A stretch of DNA of 64,000 nucleotides, taken from contig JBBSVM010000002.1 of assembly GCA_038046785.1 (NCBI GenBank), forward strand, positions 125,196-189,195. The letters are read 5' to 3'. This document shows, piece by piece, positions 48,433-56,918 of the stretch (the stretch's first letter is position 1; each line of letters starts with the position of its first letter). The position numbers were made by a program, and so were the translations under genes. The DNA comes from Thermoplasmatota archaeon. GTDB taxonomy: Archaea; Thermoplasmatota; E2; JACPAO01; JAHFTW01. A model generated the notes under the pieces. The model had not been told where the DNA came from. It searched no databases and saw only the letters and a program-made list of their open reading frames with translations.

Positions 48433-49119
48433 ATGGGCAAGACACTCCCCATCCTGGGCATCGCGGCCGCCGTGCTTGCCGCCGCGTTCGCCTGCGCTGT
48501 GACCGGGGATGCCGTCCCGCTTCTGGCCATGCTGTTCCTGGTCGGGGTGGCCATCGCTCTCTTCGTTCAGGCGCGGGCGCTGCCGGTCCTCCTTGGGGTG
48601 GGGCTTCTGCTTGCTGCCGCCTCAGCCATCCTCTACTATGCACCCTTTATCGGCGAGGGCGGCAAAGTCTACCTCGCGGGCATGCCCGATTTCTTCCAGG
48701 GGCCCTACCAGGCGGCGCTCTGCGTCCTCGCCTGGGTCGCCATCCTGGTCGCGCGCCAGGAAGAGGTCGAGCCGACCTGGATGTTGGCCATCGGCCCGAT
48801 CTTCGCCGGCATCGCCATCCTCGCCATGCTGTTCATCCCGAGCTCTCAGTTTGGCAACTTCGGCAACTCGGTCAACATCATCGCGGGCGTCCTTTGCCTC
48901 ACCCTCATCGTCCCCATGGCGTTCCTGCTGCGCGGCCCTCGTGAAGAGCCCGAGCCGGCCCCGTCCCCCTTCCAGCCCGTGCGCCCGGTCCCTCCCGGCC
49001 TCAGGCCCGCCCCGCCTGTGAAGGCGGCCCCCACTTTCGCCGCGCCGCTCAAGAAAGCTCCAGCCCCCGCCCCGCCACCCCCGGGCCAGACGACGGCAAA
49101 CCGGTCGCCGCCGAAGTAA
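48433..49119 (+). CDS. Multi-pass membrane protein with Pro-rich tail
   Basis: About six hydrophobic segments. Confidence 0.7.
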   Translation: MGKTLPILGIAAAVLAAAFACAVTGDAVPLLAMLFLVGVAIALFVQARALPVLLGVGLLLAAASAILYYAPFIGEGGKVYLAGMPDFFQGPYQAALCVLAWVAILVARQEEVEPTWMLAIGPIFAGIAILAMLFIPSSQFGNFGNSVNIIAGVLCLTLIVPMAFLLRGPREEPEPAPSPFQPVRPVPPGLRPAPPVKAAPTFAAPLKKAPAPAPPPPGQTTANRSPPK

Positions 49120-49145
49120 TGTAGAGGGCCTTCGTCGCGCGGGCG

Positions 49146-50504
49146 ATGAGCCTTCGCACCCTCGGCTGCGGTGAGGTCAAACCGGTCCACTACGGCACGA
49201 CGCAAACGTTCGCTGGCTGGGTCCACGCCGTGCGCTCCAAAGGCACCATCGCGTTCCTGGTGTTGCGCGACCGCACCGGCCAGGTGCAGTTTGTCATCAA
49301 GAAGGAGGCGACCCCCGCCCTCTTTGACCAGCTCACCGCCCTGAGCCCGGAATCGGTCGTCTCCGTCACCGGTCTGGTGGCCGCGACCGAGAAGGCGAAG
49401 GCCGGTTTCGAGGTCGTTCCGACGGCGGCGAAGACGCTCAACGTCGCGGCGACCCCGTTGCCGTTCGCGCTCTGGGACGACAAGATTGAGACCGGCATCG
49501 ACACCCGTCTCGACAACCGATTCCTGGACCTGCGCGGGCCGCGTTCCGCGGCGATTTTCCGCATCCGCCACAAGGTCGTCGAGTCGGGCTCCGCCTGGCT
49601 GCGCGCCAACGGTTTCCAGGAAATCCACACCAGCAACATCCTCGGCGCCTCGAGTGAGGGCGGCACGGACACCTACAAGTTCGACTACTTCGGCCGCAAG
49701 GCGTTCCTGGCCCAATCGCCGCAGCTCTACAAGCAGATGATGATGGCGGCCGGCATGGACCGCGTCTTCGAGGTGGGCTGGTATTTCCGCGCCGAGAAGC
49801 ACAACACGGTGCGCCACCTCAACGAGTCGACCGCGTTCGACATCGAGCTCAGTTTCATCGAATCGGAGGAAGATGTTCTCAAAGCCATCGAGGGACTGCT
49901 CACCGCCATCTGGGCCGCCGTCGCGCGTGAGTGCGCGGCCGAAGTCGCCATCCTCAAGGCGGATGTTCCTGTGCCGACGAAAGCGTTCCGCCGCATCCCG
50001 TACGAGGAGGCGCTCACCGTCATCAACCACGAGCTCGACACCGCCGCCGACCTGCCGGCCGAACTCAAGATGCCGCATCTCAAGTTCGGCGACGACATCG
50101 GCTCCGCCGCCGAGAAGGTGCTCTGGCGCGCCATGAAGCGCGAAGGCCATGACTTCTACTTCATCACGAAGTGGCCGCTTGCCCCGAAGCCGTTCTACGT
50201 CATGCCGGAGGACGGCACGATGAACTCGCGTCTCTGCCGCGGCTTCGACTTGGACTACCGCGGCGTCGAGCTCATCTCGGGCGGCCAGCGCATCCACGAC
50301 CCGGTTCTCCTGGAAGCTGGCATCAAGCGCTGGGGTCTCGACCCGAAGGATTTCAAGGACTACCTCGACGCGTTCCGCTACGGCATGCCCCCGCACGGCG
50401 GTTGCGGCATTGGGATTGAGCGGATTCTCATGATGATGCTCGGGTTGCCGAACATCCGCGAAGCCATCCTCTTCCCGCGCGATGTGACGCGCTTGACGCC
50501 GTAG
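49146..50504 (+). CDS. aspS: Archaeal-type aspartate--tRNA ligase
   Basis: OB-fold GWV...LRD; QSPQLYKQ; FRAE; GGQRIH; PPHGG.GIG.ER. Confidence 0.96.
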   Translation: MSLRTLGCGEVKPVHYGTTQTFAGWVHAVRSKGTIAFLVLRDRTGQVQFVIKKEATPALFDQLTALSPESVVSVTGLVAATEKAKAGFEVVPTAAKTLNVAATPLPFALWDDKIETGIDTRLDNRFLDLRGPRSAAIFRIRHKVVESGSAWLRANGFQEIHTSNILGASSEGGTDTYKFDYFGRKAFLAQSPQLYKQMMMAAGMDRVFEVGWYFRAEKHNTVRHLNESTAFDIELSFIESEEDVLKAIEGLLTAIWAAVARECAAEVAILKADVPVPTKAFRRIPYEEALTVINHELDTAADLPAELKMPHLKFGDDIGSAAEKVLWRAMKREGHDFYFITKWPLAPKPFYVMPEDGTMNSRLCRGFDLDYRGVELISGGQRIHDPVLLEAGIKRWGLDPKDFKDYLDAFRYGMPPHGGCGIGIERILMMMLGLPNIREAILFPRDVTRLTP

Positions 50505-51434
50505 CTACAGGTAGTGCAACGCCAGGAAGACGACGACGGGCAGGGCGATCGCCAGGATGGCGCCGCGTCGGTTCACCAGTTCGGCAATGCGCTGCGGGAG
50601 TTTCATCTGCTCGCCGAAGACCAGCACCGTCGTGACGAGGATGGTGGACGCGATGAACGAATAGGCGGAGATCATCACCTTGTCGAACAGCGTGAGGGCG
50701 CCAAGCGGCGGCAGGCTCACGGTCTGGCTGATGTGGAACCCGACGGCGGTGATGAGCATGCCTGTGCCCAGCGCGAGGCGGTTGGAGGCTTGGCTGCGGT
50801 CGAAGAAGAAGCTGAAACTCGCCACCAGCATGAACGCGACCGGGGGCAGGAAGGTGCGCAGCGCGCTCGACACCGGTTCGCGGCGCAACTCCAACGTGTA
50901 GGTGAGGCGGCTGTAGGACTCCCCGAACGGGTACTCCTTCACCGTCGCCAAGGCGGTGAGGTTGTTCTGGCGCCAACCGGCGACGCGGGCGTCCGCGTCG
51001 AGCGTCGTCGAACCGGGCACGAAGACCAGCGTGTCAGCCTGGTTGATGGTGTCCTCGAGCGTGATGGTGAGCCGCTGCGCGTCGAACGGGTAGTCCGCAA
51101 AGGCGGGGCTGTTGTAGAGGTTGGCCTGGATGCGGTACCAGACATCGCGGCCGGCGGGTCCGGTCTCGTCGGAGAGCAGCTCCCGGCTTGCAGCGCGGCC
51201 GTTCATGAATTCGAACTGCTCGGGAGTGAAGTTCGCCGGTGCCTGTTGGGGATCCCAGCGCATGTGGAGGTAGAAGTCGAGCGTGTAGGTGCCCTTCGCG
51301 GTGTCGTAGTTCCCCACACTGATGAGATGGAGATCCACGGTGACGGCAACCGGATCCGCCGCGGCGGTGGGAAGGGCGGCAAGAAGGGCGACGAGTCCGA
51401 GGGCGACCGGAAGGGCGCGCATGGAAGAGGGCAT
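50505..51434 (-). CDS. Pentameric ligand-gated ion channel (GLIC/ELIC-like, Pro-loop)
   Basis: Signal peptide; DFYL..RWD; YPFD.Q Pro-loop; LRR pre-M1; four TM helices; LP in the M2-M3 loop. Confidence 0.85.
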   Translation of the reverse strand: MPSSMRALPVALGLVALLAALPTAAADPVAVTVDLHLISVGNYDTAKGTYTLDFYLHMRWDPQQAPANFTPEQFEFMNGRAASRELLSDETGPAGRDVWYRIQANLYNSPAFADYPFDAQRLTITLEDTINQADTLVFVPGSTTLDADARVAGWRQNNLTALATVKEYPFGESYSRLTYTLELRREPVSSALRTFLPPVAFMLVASFSFFFDRSQASNRLALGTGMLITAVGFHISQTVSLPPLGALTLFDKVMISAYSFIASTILVTTVLVFGEQMKLPQRIAELVNRRGAILAIALPVVVFLALHYL

Positions 51435-51466
51435 GGCGTCGCGGCGAAAACCGTTGCGAAGTCCGC

Positions 51467-52618
51467 CTACGCGGCGACGACCTGGTGCAGGGAGCCGCCG
51501 TGGTGCAGGACGTACAGTTCGCCTGCCGCATCCTCACCAAAACTGCTGATGTTCAGCCCCGTCTCAAGCAGCAACGTGGAGACGCCGTCGCGGAAACCCC
51601 ACAGGTTGCCGGAGCAGTAGTCGCCGTAGAGGTAGGCGCCGCGCAGAGCAGGAATCGCGTTCCCGCGGTAGACGTAGCCACCCGTGACGGCGCATTCGTC
51701 GCCGTCGTTGCTGTACTCCAGGATGGGGAACACCATGCCGTCGCCGGACGCAGAGCCCTCGAAGGCGTGGTTGCCTTCGAAGCGGTCCCAGCCGTAGTTC
51801 TCTCCGCCCGAACTCGCGGCGGGCTGGAAGCTGACCTCTTCCCACTTGTTCTGGCCGACGTCGGCAATCCACAGGTCGCCGGTCGTGCGGTCGAAGGCGT
51901 TGCGCCACGGGTTGCGCAAGCCGTACGCCCAGATCTCGTCGCGGCCCGCCGTTCCCGCGAACGGGTTGTCCGCGGGCGAGAGGTAGCCGGGGCAGACGGC
52001 ACCGACCACTTGGATGCAGGCGACATGGATGTCGAGGCGGAGAATCTTGCCAAGCAGCGACTCGAGGTTCTGGCCGTTGCCCTGCGGGTCGCCGCCGGAG
52101 CCGCCGTCGCCAAGCGCCATGTAGAGATAGCCGTCCGGCCCAAACGCGAGCCAGCCGCCATTGTGGTTGCCGTAGGGCTGCGCCACGGTGAGGACCGGGG
52201 TTTCGCGGCCGTCCCGAATGCGTGACAGCATCGTGTCACCTTTCGGCTTGCTGGAGTAGTGCACGAAGAGGGTGTCGTCATCCTCGGGATCGAACGCGAT
52301 GCCAAGCAGCCCCTGTTCGCCGCAGCACTGCGCCTGCGCCGTCAAGTCGAGGGATGTCGTCGGAGTGCCGGAGCGCGTCCAGCGCAGAACCTTCCCGCCC
52401 TGCTCGGCGATGTAGAGCGCGCCGTCGTTCTCGACGAGAGCGATGGGTTTGTTGAGACCGCTAAGGACGGTCTCAAGGGCGATGGTGGGGAGTTGCTCCG
52501 TCTGCCCCGAGGAGGGCGGCGCCGGGGTTGTTCCCGCCGTGATGGGGCCGGAGTCGGGCGAAGCGCAGCCGGCGACCAGAATCAGCAACAGGGCAGCGAA
52601 GGCGGCAACGCGGAGCAC
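51467..52618 (-). CDS. PQQ-dependent sugar dehydrogenase (soluble GDH-type) lipoprotein
   Basis: VAGC lipobox; EQGLLGIAF, NHNGG.L.FGPDG.LY, GKILR, YGLRNPW, NYGW. Confidence 0.92.
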   Translation of the reverse strand: MLRVAAFAALLLILVAGCASPDSGPITAGTTPAPPSSGQTEQLPTIALETVLSGLNKPIALVENDGALYIAEQGGKVLRWTRSGTPTTSLDLTAQAQCCGEQGLLGIAFDPEDDDTLFVHYSSKPKGDTMLSRIRDGRETPVLTVAQPYGNHNGGWLAFGPDGYLYMALGDGGSGGDPQGNGQNLESLLGKILRLDIHVACIQVVGAVCPGYLSPADNPFAGTAGRDEIWAYGLRNPWRNAFDRTTGDLWIADVGQNKWEEVSFQPAASSGGENYGWDRFEGNHAFEGSASGDGMVFPILEYSNDGDECAVTGGYVYRGNAIPALRGAYLYGDYCSGNLWGFRDGVSTLLLETGLNISSFGEDAAGELYVLHHGGSLHQVVAA

Positions 52619-52643
52619 GCGCCGCCATGGCGGAGCGCTCGGT

Positions 52644-52695
52644 TGAATCCTGCGATGACTTCCAATCCGGCAAATCCGGTCGAATCCGGCGAATC
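52644..52695. repeat. Tandem AATCCGG.. units (type B half-element)
   Basis: AATCCGGCA-AATCCGGTCG-AATCCGGCG-AATC just 3' of coxB. Confidence 0.55.
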
Positions 52696-54073
52696 AGGTG
52701 ACCGTGACGCCGCCGAGGTTCACCATGCCGAGGCCGACGTGGCCCGACTGGCTGCACCACATGTCGAATGTCCCCGCCACAGTCGGCGTGATGAGGAAGG
52801 CGCTCGTTCCGCCGCCTCCCACGCTGGGGCTCTTCGCGACGATGACGTCGCCGGAGCCGCCCTTGTAGGTGCCGATGTGCAGGTCGTGCGTCGCGGAGTG
52901 GGTGTTGGGGACCTGGATGAGGTAGGTCTTGCCCACTTCGAGTTGCAGCATACCGGGTTGGAACTCGAAGTTGCCCATCTCGACGCGCTTGGGGATGGCT
53001 TCAATCGCGGTGATGGCGAGCGAGCCGCCGTTCGAGCCGGTGAGCGTGTAGCTGCCCGGTTGCGTCACATCGAAGGCGAAGTAGGTGTCGGCCATCTCGC
53101 CCGCCGGGATGGTCTTCTCGGCAACGCCGACCGCCTTGAGCGTGACGTCGGCTGCGGTGTCGGCAAGGTCCACGACGATGCGGGTCTGGGCAGCGACCGT
53201 GAGGGAGCCAGAGAGCAGCGTGCCGTTGTTTGCGAAGCGCAGGCCGTCCGCCGTCGAGCGCAGTGTCAGTTTCTCCAGAAGCGGGGCGCCGCCTTCCGCT
53301 TTCTTGCCGAAGAACCAGTGGTCGAACTCGGCCTGCGGCACCGACCGGATGGCGGCGTGCATGTAGGCGTGGCCCGGGTTGAGGCAGAACTTGTTGCACT
53401 GCACGAAGTAGTCGCCGGCCGGGAAGCTCACCGTCTGCAGGGCGTACTTGTTGAGGCCAAGCGGGTTGGCGTCGTTGAAGAGGACGTAGGCGCGGTTGGC
53501 GTCGAGAACTTGGAAGGCGTGGATGACGTCGGCCGCCGTGATGTTGAGCAGGAGAGGAGTGTCCTGCGGAACGAGGAAGACGTTCTCTGCTGCGACGTGG
53601 CCGGAGTTGGGATCTGGGTTGGCGAACACTTCGACGCCGGAGCCGTAGTCCGCGAGCCAGTTCCATTGGCTGCCCACGATGCGGACCTCCATCTCGGCGT
53701 CTTCGAGCGCGATGCCGTGGTCGAGTTGGACGAGGCCGCCGTACGCGGCGTAGCCGATGTACATTACCATGATGAGCGGGACGCCGAACCAGGCGATTTC
53801 CGCCTTCATGCTGTGGCGCTCCTTCTCGTTCGTGGTGCGGCCGTGGCCGGTGCCCTCACGGAAGCGGACGATGAGGAGAACGAGCCAGACGAAGACGATG
53901 GCGAAGGTAATGATGCTCAGGATGAGCACGATGCCAAACAGGTCCTCGACAATGCGGCCGCGCTCGGTGAGGGCGTCCGGGAGCCCCCACTTGGCGGAGG
54001 CGGCGGGGCCGGCCACGACCAGCAGGGCGAGGGCGGAAACGAGGACGGCTGCGGCGCGGGCCGGGCGCATCAT
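52694..54073 (-). CDS. coxB: Cytochrome c oxidase subunit II with additional cupredoxin domains
   Basis: Two TM helices with EIAW..VP; G.QWNW; DVIHAF; CNKFCLNPGHAYM; C-terminal H...CSQSGH..LGM. Confidence 0.88.
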   Translation of the reverse strand: MMRPARAAAVLVSALALLVVAGPAASAKWGLPDALTERGRIVEDLFGIVLILSIITFAIVFVWLVLLIVRFREGTGHGRTTNEKERHSMKAEIAWFGVPLIMVMYIGYAAYGGLVQLDHGIALEDAEMEVRIVGSQWNWLADYGSGVEVFANPDPNSGHVAAENVFLVPQDTPLLLNITAADVIHAFQVLDANRAYVLFNDANPLGLNKYALQTVSFPAGDYFVQCNKFCLNPGHAYMHAAIRSVPQAEFDHWFFGKKAEGGAPLLEKLTLRSTADGLRFANNGTLLSGSLTVAAQTRIVVDLADTAADVTLKAVGVAEKTIPAGEMADTYFAFDVTQPGSYTLTGSNGGSLAITAIEAIPKRVEMGNFEFQPGMLQLEVGKTYLIQVPNTHSATHDLHIGTYKGGSGDVIVAKSPSVGGGGTSAFLITPTVAGTFDMWCSQSGHVGLGMVNLGGVTVT

Positions 54074-54169
54074 GGACGGCCTTCGCGACGAGGGCCCCAA
54101 CCATAAACCCCACCGCTGTTTTCCTCCTGTTGGATGCCGCCGCCCTTTTGTAGGGCCCAGAAGTGGCCG

Positions 54170-55831
54170 ATGCCGTCCATGGCTGCCGCCGAGTTCGTGA
54201 TGGCCGAGCCCTCCCACAAACGCACCGGGCTCATGCGCTGGCTCACCACCACCGACCACAAAGAAATCGGTCTCATGTACCTCTGGGCCGGCTTCTTGTT
54301 CTTCATTCTCGGCGGCGTCGCGGCGCTTCTCATGCGCCTCGAGCTGTTCTCGCCTGGCATCCAGGTGGTCTCTGGTGAGACCTTCAACGAACTCTTCTCG
54401 CTGCACGGCACCACGATGGTGTTCTTGTGGATCATGCCCGCCGTCGCCGGGCTTGGCAACTACTTCGTCCCCATCATGCTCAAGGCGAAGGACATGGCCT
54501 ACCCCCGCGTCAACGCGCTGAGCTTCTGGCTCATCGTCCCCGCCGGCATCTTGCTCTATCTCCCGCTCGTCATGCAGGGCTGGACCGCCGTCAACGTCAC
54601 CTGGGTCGGTTACCCCCCGCTCTCCACCACCTTCCCCGGCATCGGCCTCGACCTGTGGATTCTCGCCCTGATTCTGCTCGGCATGGGTTCCACGCTCGGC
54701 GCCATCAACTTCCTCGTCACCATCTTCAAGATGCGCGGCCCCGGCGTCGGCCTGTTCAACATGCCGCTGTTCGCCTGGGCGCAGCTGGCGACCTCCATCC
54801 TCCTGGTCTTTTCGCTCCCGGTTGTGACGGTGGCGTTCCTCATGCTGCTCTTCGACCGCAGCTTCGGCACGGCGTTCTTCACTGGCGCCGGCTCGGAGCC
54901 CATCCTCTACCAGCACCTGTTCTGGTTCTTCGGCCACCCCGAAGTGTACGTTCTGATTCTGCCCCTCATGGGCGTCCTCAACGAGGTCATCCCCAAGTTC
55001 AGCCGCCGCCCGGTCTTCGGCTACACCTCGATGGCGTGGGCGATGCTCGGCATCGCCATCGTCGGCTTCCTCGTCTGGGCGCACCACATGTTCACCACGG
55101 GCATCAACCCGACCGTGCGCGCCGTCTTCATGTTCAACACCATGCTGGTCGGCGTCCCGACCGGCGTTAAGGTGTTCAACTGGCTCACCACGATGTGGGG
55201 CGGCCAGATTGCCCTCAAGGCGCCGATGAAGCACGCTCTCGGTTTCATCTGGCTCTTTGTCATCGGCGGCATCACCGGCGTCATGCTCGGCGCCATCCCG
55301 ATTGACTACGCGCTGCACGACTCCTACTTCGTCGTCGCCCACTTCCACTACACGATGGTGGGCGGCGCCGTGTTCGGCATCTTTGCCGGTCTCTACTACT
55401 GGTACCCCATCCTGTCGAACGGGCGGATGTACAACGAAAAGCTGGCCAACTGGCAGTTCTGGCTCATGTTCAGCGGCTTCAACTTGACCTTCTTCCCGCA
55501 GTTCATTCTCGGCCTCAACGGCATGCCGCGCCGCGTCGTGGACTACCAGGCGCTCGGCTCGATGCCGCTCATGAACCAGCTCTCCACGGTGGGCTCGTTC
55601 CTCATCGCCCTCGCCGTCCTGCTGTTCCTCATCAACGTGGTCGTGAGCCACAAGCGCAACGTCCGCGTCAGCGCCGACCCCTGGGGCGGCAACCGCGTCG
55701 TCGAGTACCAGCTCTGGGAGCAGGGCCGCGTCAAGCTCGGCGAAGGTCTCATCGTGGACCATGAGCCGGAGCCGCTCGCGGTCACCGAGGCCAAGGCGCG
55801 CGCCAAGGCTGAACGATTGGAGGCCATCTGA
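54170..55831 (+). CDS. coxA: Cytochrome c oxidase subunit I (A1 type)
   Basis: TTDHKEIG, HGTTM, WFFGHPEVY, WAHHMF, VAHFHY, GMPRR. Confidence 0.98.
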   Translation: MPSMAAAEFVMAEPSHKRTGLMRWLTTTDHKEIGLMYLWAGFLFFILGGVAALLMRLELFSPGIQVVSGETFNELFSLHGTTMVFLWIMPAVAGLGNYFVPIMLKAKDMAYPRVNALSFWLIVPAGILLYLPLVMQGWTAVNVTWVGYPPLSTTFPGIGLDLWILALILLGMGSTLGAINFLVTIFKMRGPGVGLFNMPLFAWAQLATSILLVFSLPVVTVAFLMLLFDRSFGTAFFTGAGSEPILYQHLFWFFGHPEVYVLILPLMGVLNEVIPKFSRRPVFGYTSMAWAMLGIAIVGFLVWAHHMFTTGINPTVRAVFMFNTMLVGVPTGVKVFNWLTTMWGGQIALKAPMKHALGFIWLFVIGGITGVMLGAIPIDYALHDSYFVVAHFHYTMVGGAVFGIFAGLYYWYPILSNGRMYNEKLANWQFWLMFSGFNLTFFPQFILGLNGMPRRVVDYQALGSMPLMNQLSTVGSFLIALAVLLFLINVVVSHKRNVRVSADPWGGNRVVEYQLWEQGRVKLGEGLIVDHEPEPLAVTEAKARAKAERLEAI

Positions 55832-56691
55832 TGTCCGCCCCGCCCGCTACCGGCCACGATGACGCCGCCGACCACCCGCACCTGCCGCACGGCTCCGTCT
55901 GGCCGTTCTGGCTCGCCATGGCCATCGCCTTCCTCGGCATCGGCCTTGTCCTGTTCGGACAGAGTCTGAAGGCGCCCGACCCGAGCGTGTTCCTCGGCGC
56001 CCTCTCGACCCCTGCCGCCCTCGTCGTGCTCGGCCTCGGCGTCCTCGCCCTCGTCGGCACGCTGATTGGCTGGTTCGTCGAGGACTACAAGTGGTGGCCC
56101 ACAAACACGGGCACCGGCACGCACATCCCGAAGGCCGGCGCGCTGCTCTTCATCAGCAGCGAACTGTTCCTGTTCGGCGCCCTGTTTGCCAACTACTTCA
56201 CGTTCCAGCACTTGAGCAAGGTGACCGGACTCGGTTGGCCCGACGCGGACATCCACCTCCCGCTCGTCAACACCGCCATCTTCAGCCTGTTCCTGTTCGC
56301 ATCGTCGGGAACTCTCCACAAGTCGGAGAAGCTGCTGAAGGCCGGCGACCACAAAGGGTTCGTGCGCTGGTGGTGGATCACCATCCTGCTCGGCCTCATC
56401 TTCCTGGGCGGCCAAGTCATGGAGTACGCCACCCTCATCCATGAGGGCCACACGCTCGGCTCGTCGCAGTACATCACGGCGTTCTACATCCTGACCGGGA
56501 CGCACGGCTTGCACGTGCTTGGTGGCCTCTGCCTCCTCGCCGTGATGGGCGTGCGCGCCTCGAAAGGGCAGTTCACCGCGACGCGACACGCTGGCCCACA
56601 GGTGGCTGGCATGTACTGGCACTTCGTGGACATCATCTGGGTCATCGTCCTGGTGGTCATCTACATCCTGCCCGCGCTGGGCTTTGCATGA
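55831..56691 (+). CDS. coxC: Cytochrome c oxidase subunit III with N-terminal extension
   Basis: HLP..S.WP; FISSE..LF; FY.LTGTHG.HV; YWHFVD..W. Confidence 0.93.
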   Translation: MSAPPATGHDDAADHPHLPHGSVWPFWLAMAIAFLGIGLVLFGQSLKAPDPSVFLGALSTPAALVVLGLGVLALVGTLIGWFVEDYKWWPTNTGTGTHIPKAGALLFISSELFLFGALFANYFTFQHLSKVTGLGWPDADIHLPLVNTAIFSLFLFASSGTLHKSEKLLKAGDHKGFVRWWWITILLGLIFLGGQVMEYATLIHEGHTLGSSQYITAFYILTGTHGLHVLGGLCLLAVMGVRASKGQFTATRHAGPQVAGMYWHFVDIIWVIVLVVIYILPALGFA

Positions 56692-56918
56692 AGGCCACCG
56701 GAGACCGCGCCAAGGCGATTCTCATCCTGCGCGTGCTCGCCGTTCTCATCGCGGTGCCCGGCATCACCATCGGAGGGGCGTTCATCCTCTACACGCCCGG
56801 GGAGCACACCTTCCATGCGGGCTCGATGGTCGTGGTCGCCGCCGCGGCAGCACTCATCTGGATGGGCGCGCCGGGCCTGGCATCGCGTCTCGTCCCCGAA
56901 GAAGCTACGCCGACGTAA
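56688..56918 (+). CDS. Small 2-TM membrane protein (possible oxidase accessory subunit)
   Basis: ATGA overlap with coxC; two hydrophobic helices. Confidence 0.6.
   Translation: MKATGDRAKAILILRVLAVLIAVPGITIGGAFILYTPGEHTFHAGSMVVVAAAAALIWMGAPGLASRLVPEEATPT

Noticed and set aside
52694-55762. 1022-aa ORF suggesting a giant CoxB fusion
   Set aside because: The N-terminal ~560 aa are the antisense shadow of coxA; the real gene starts near 54073 with a signal peptide
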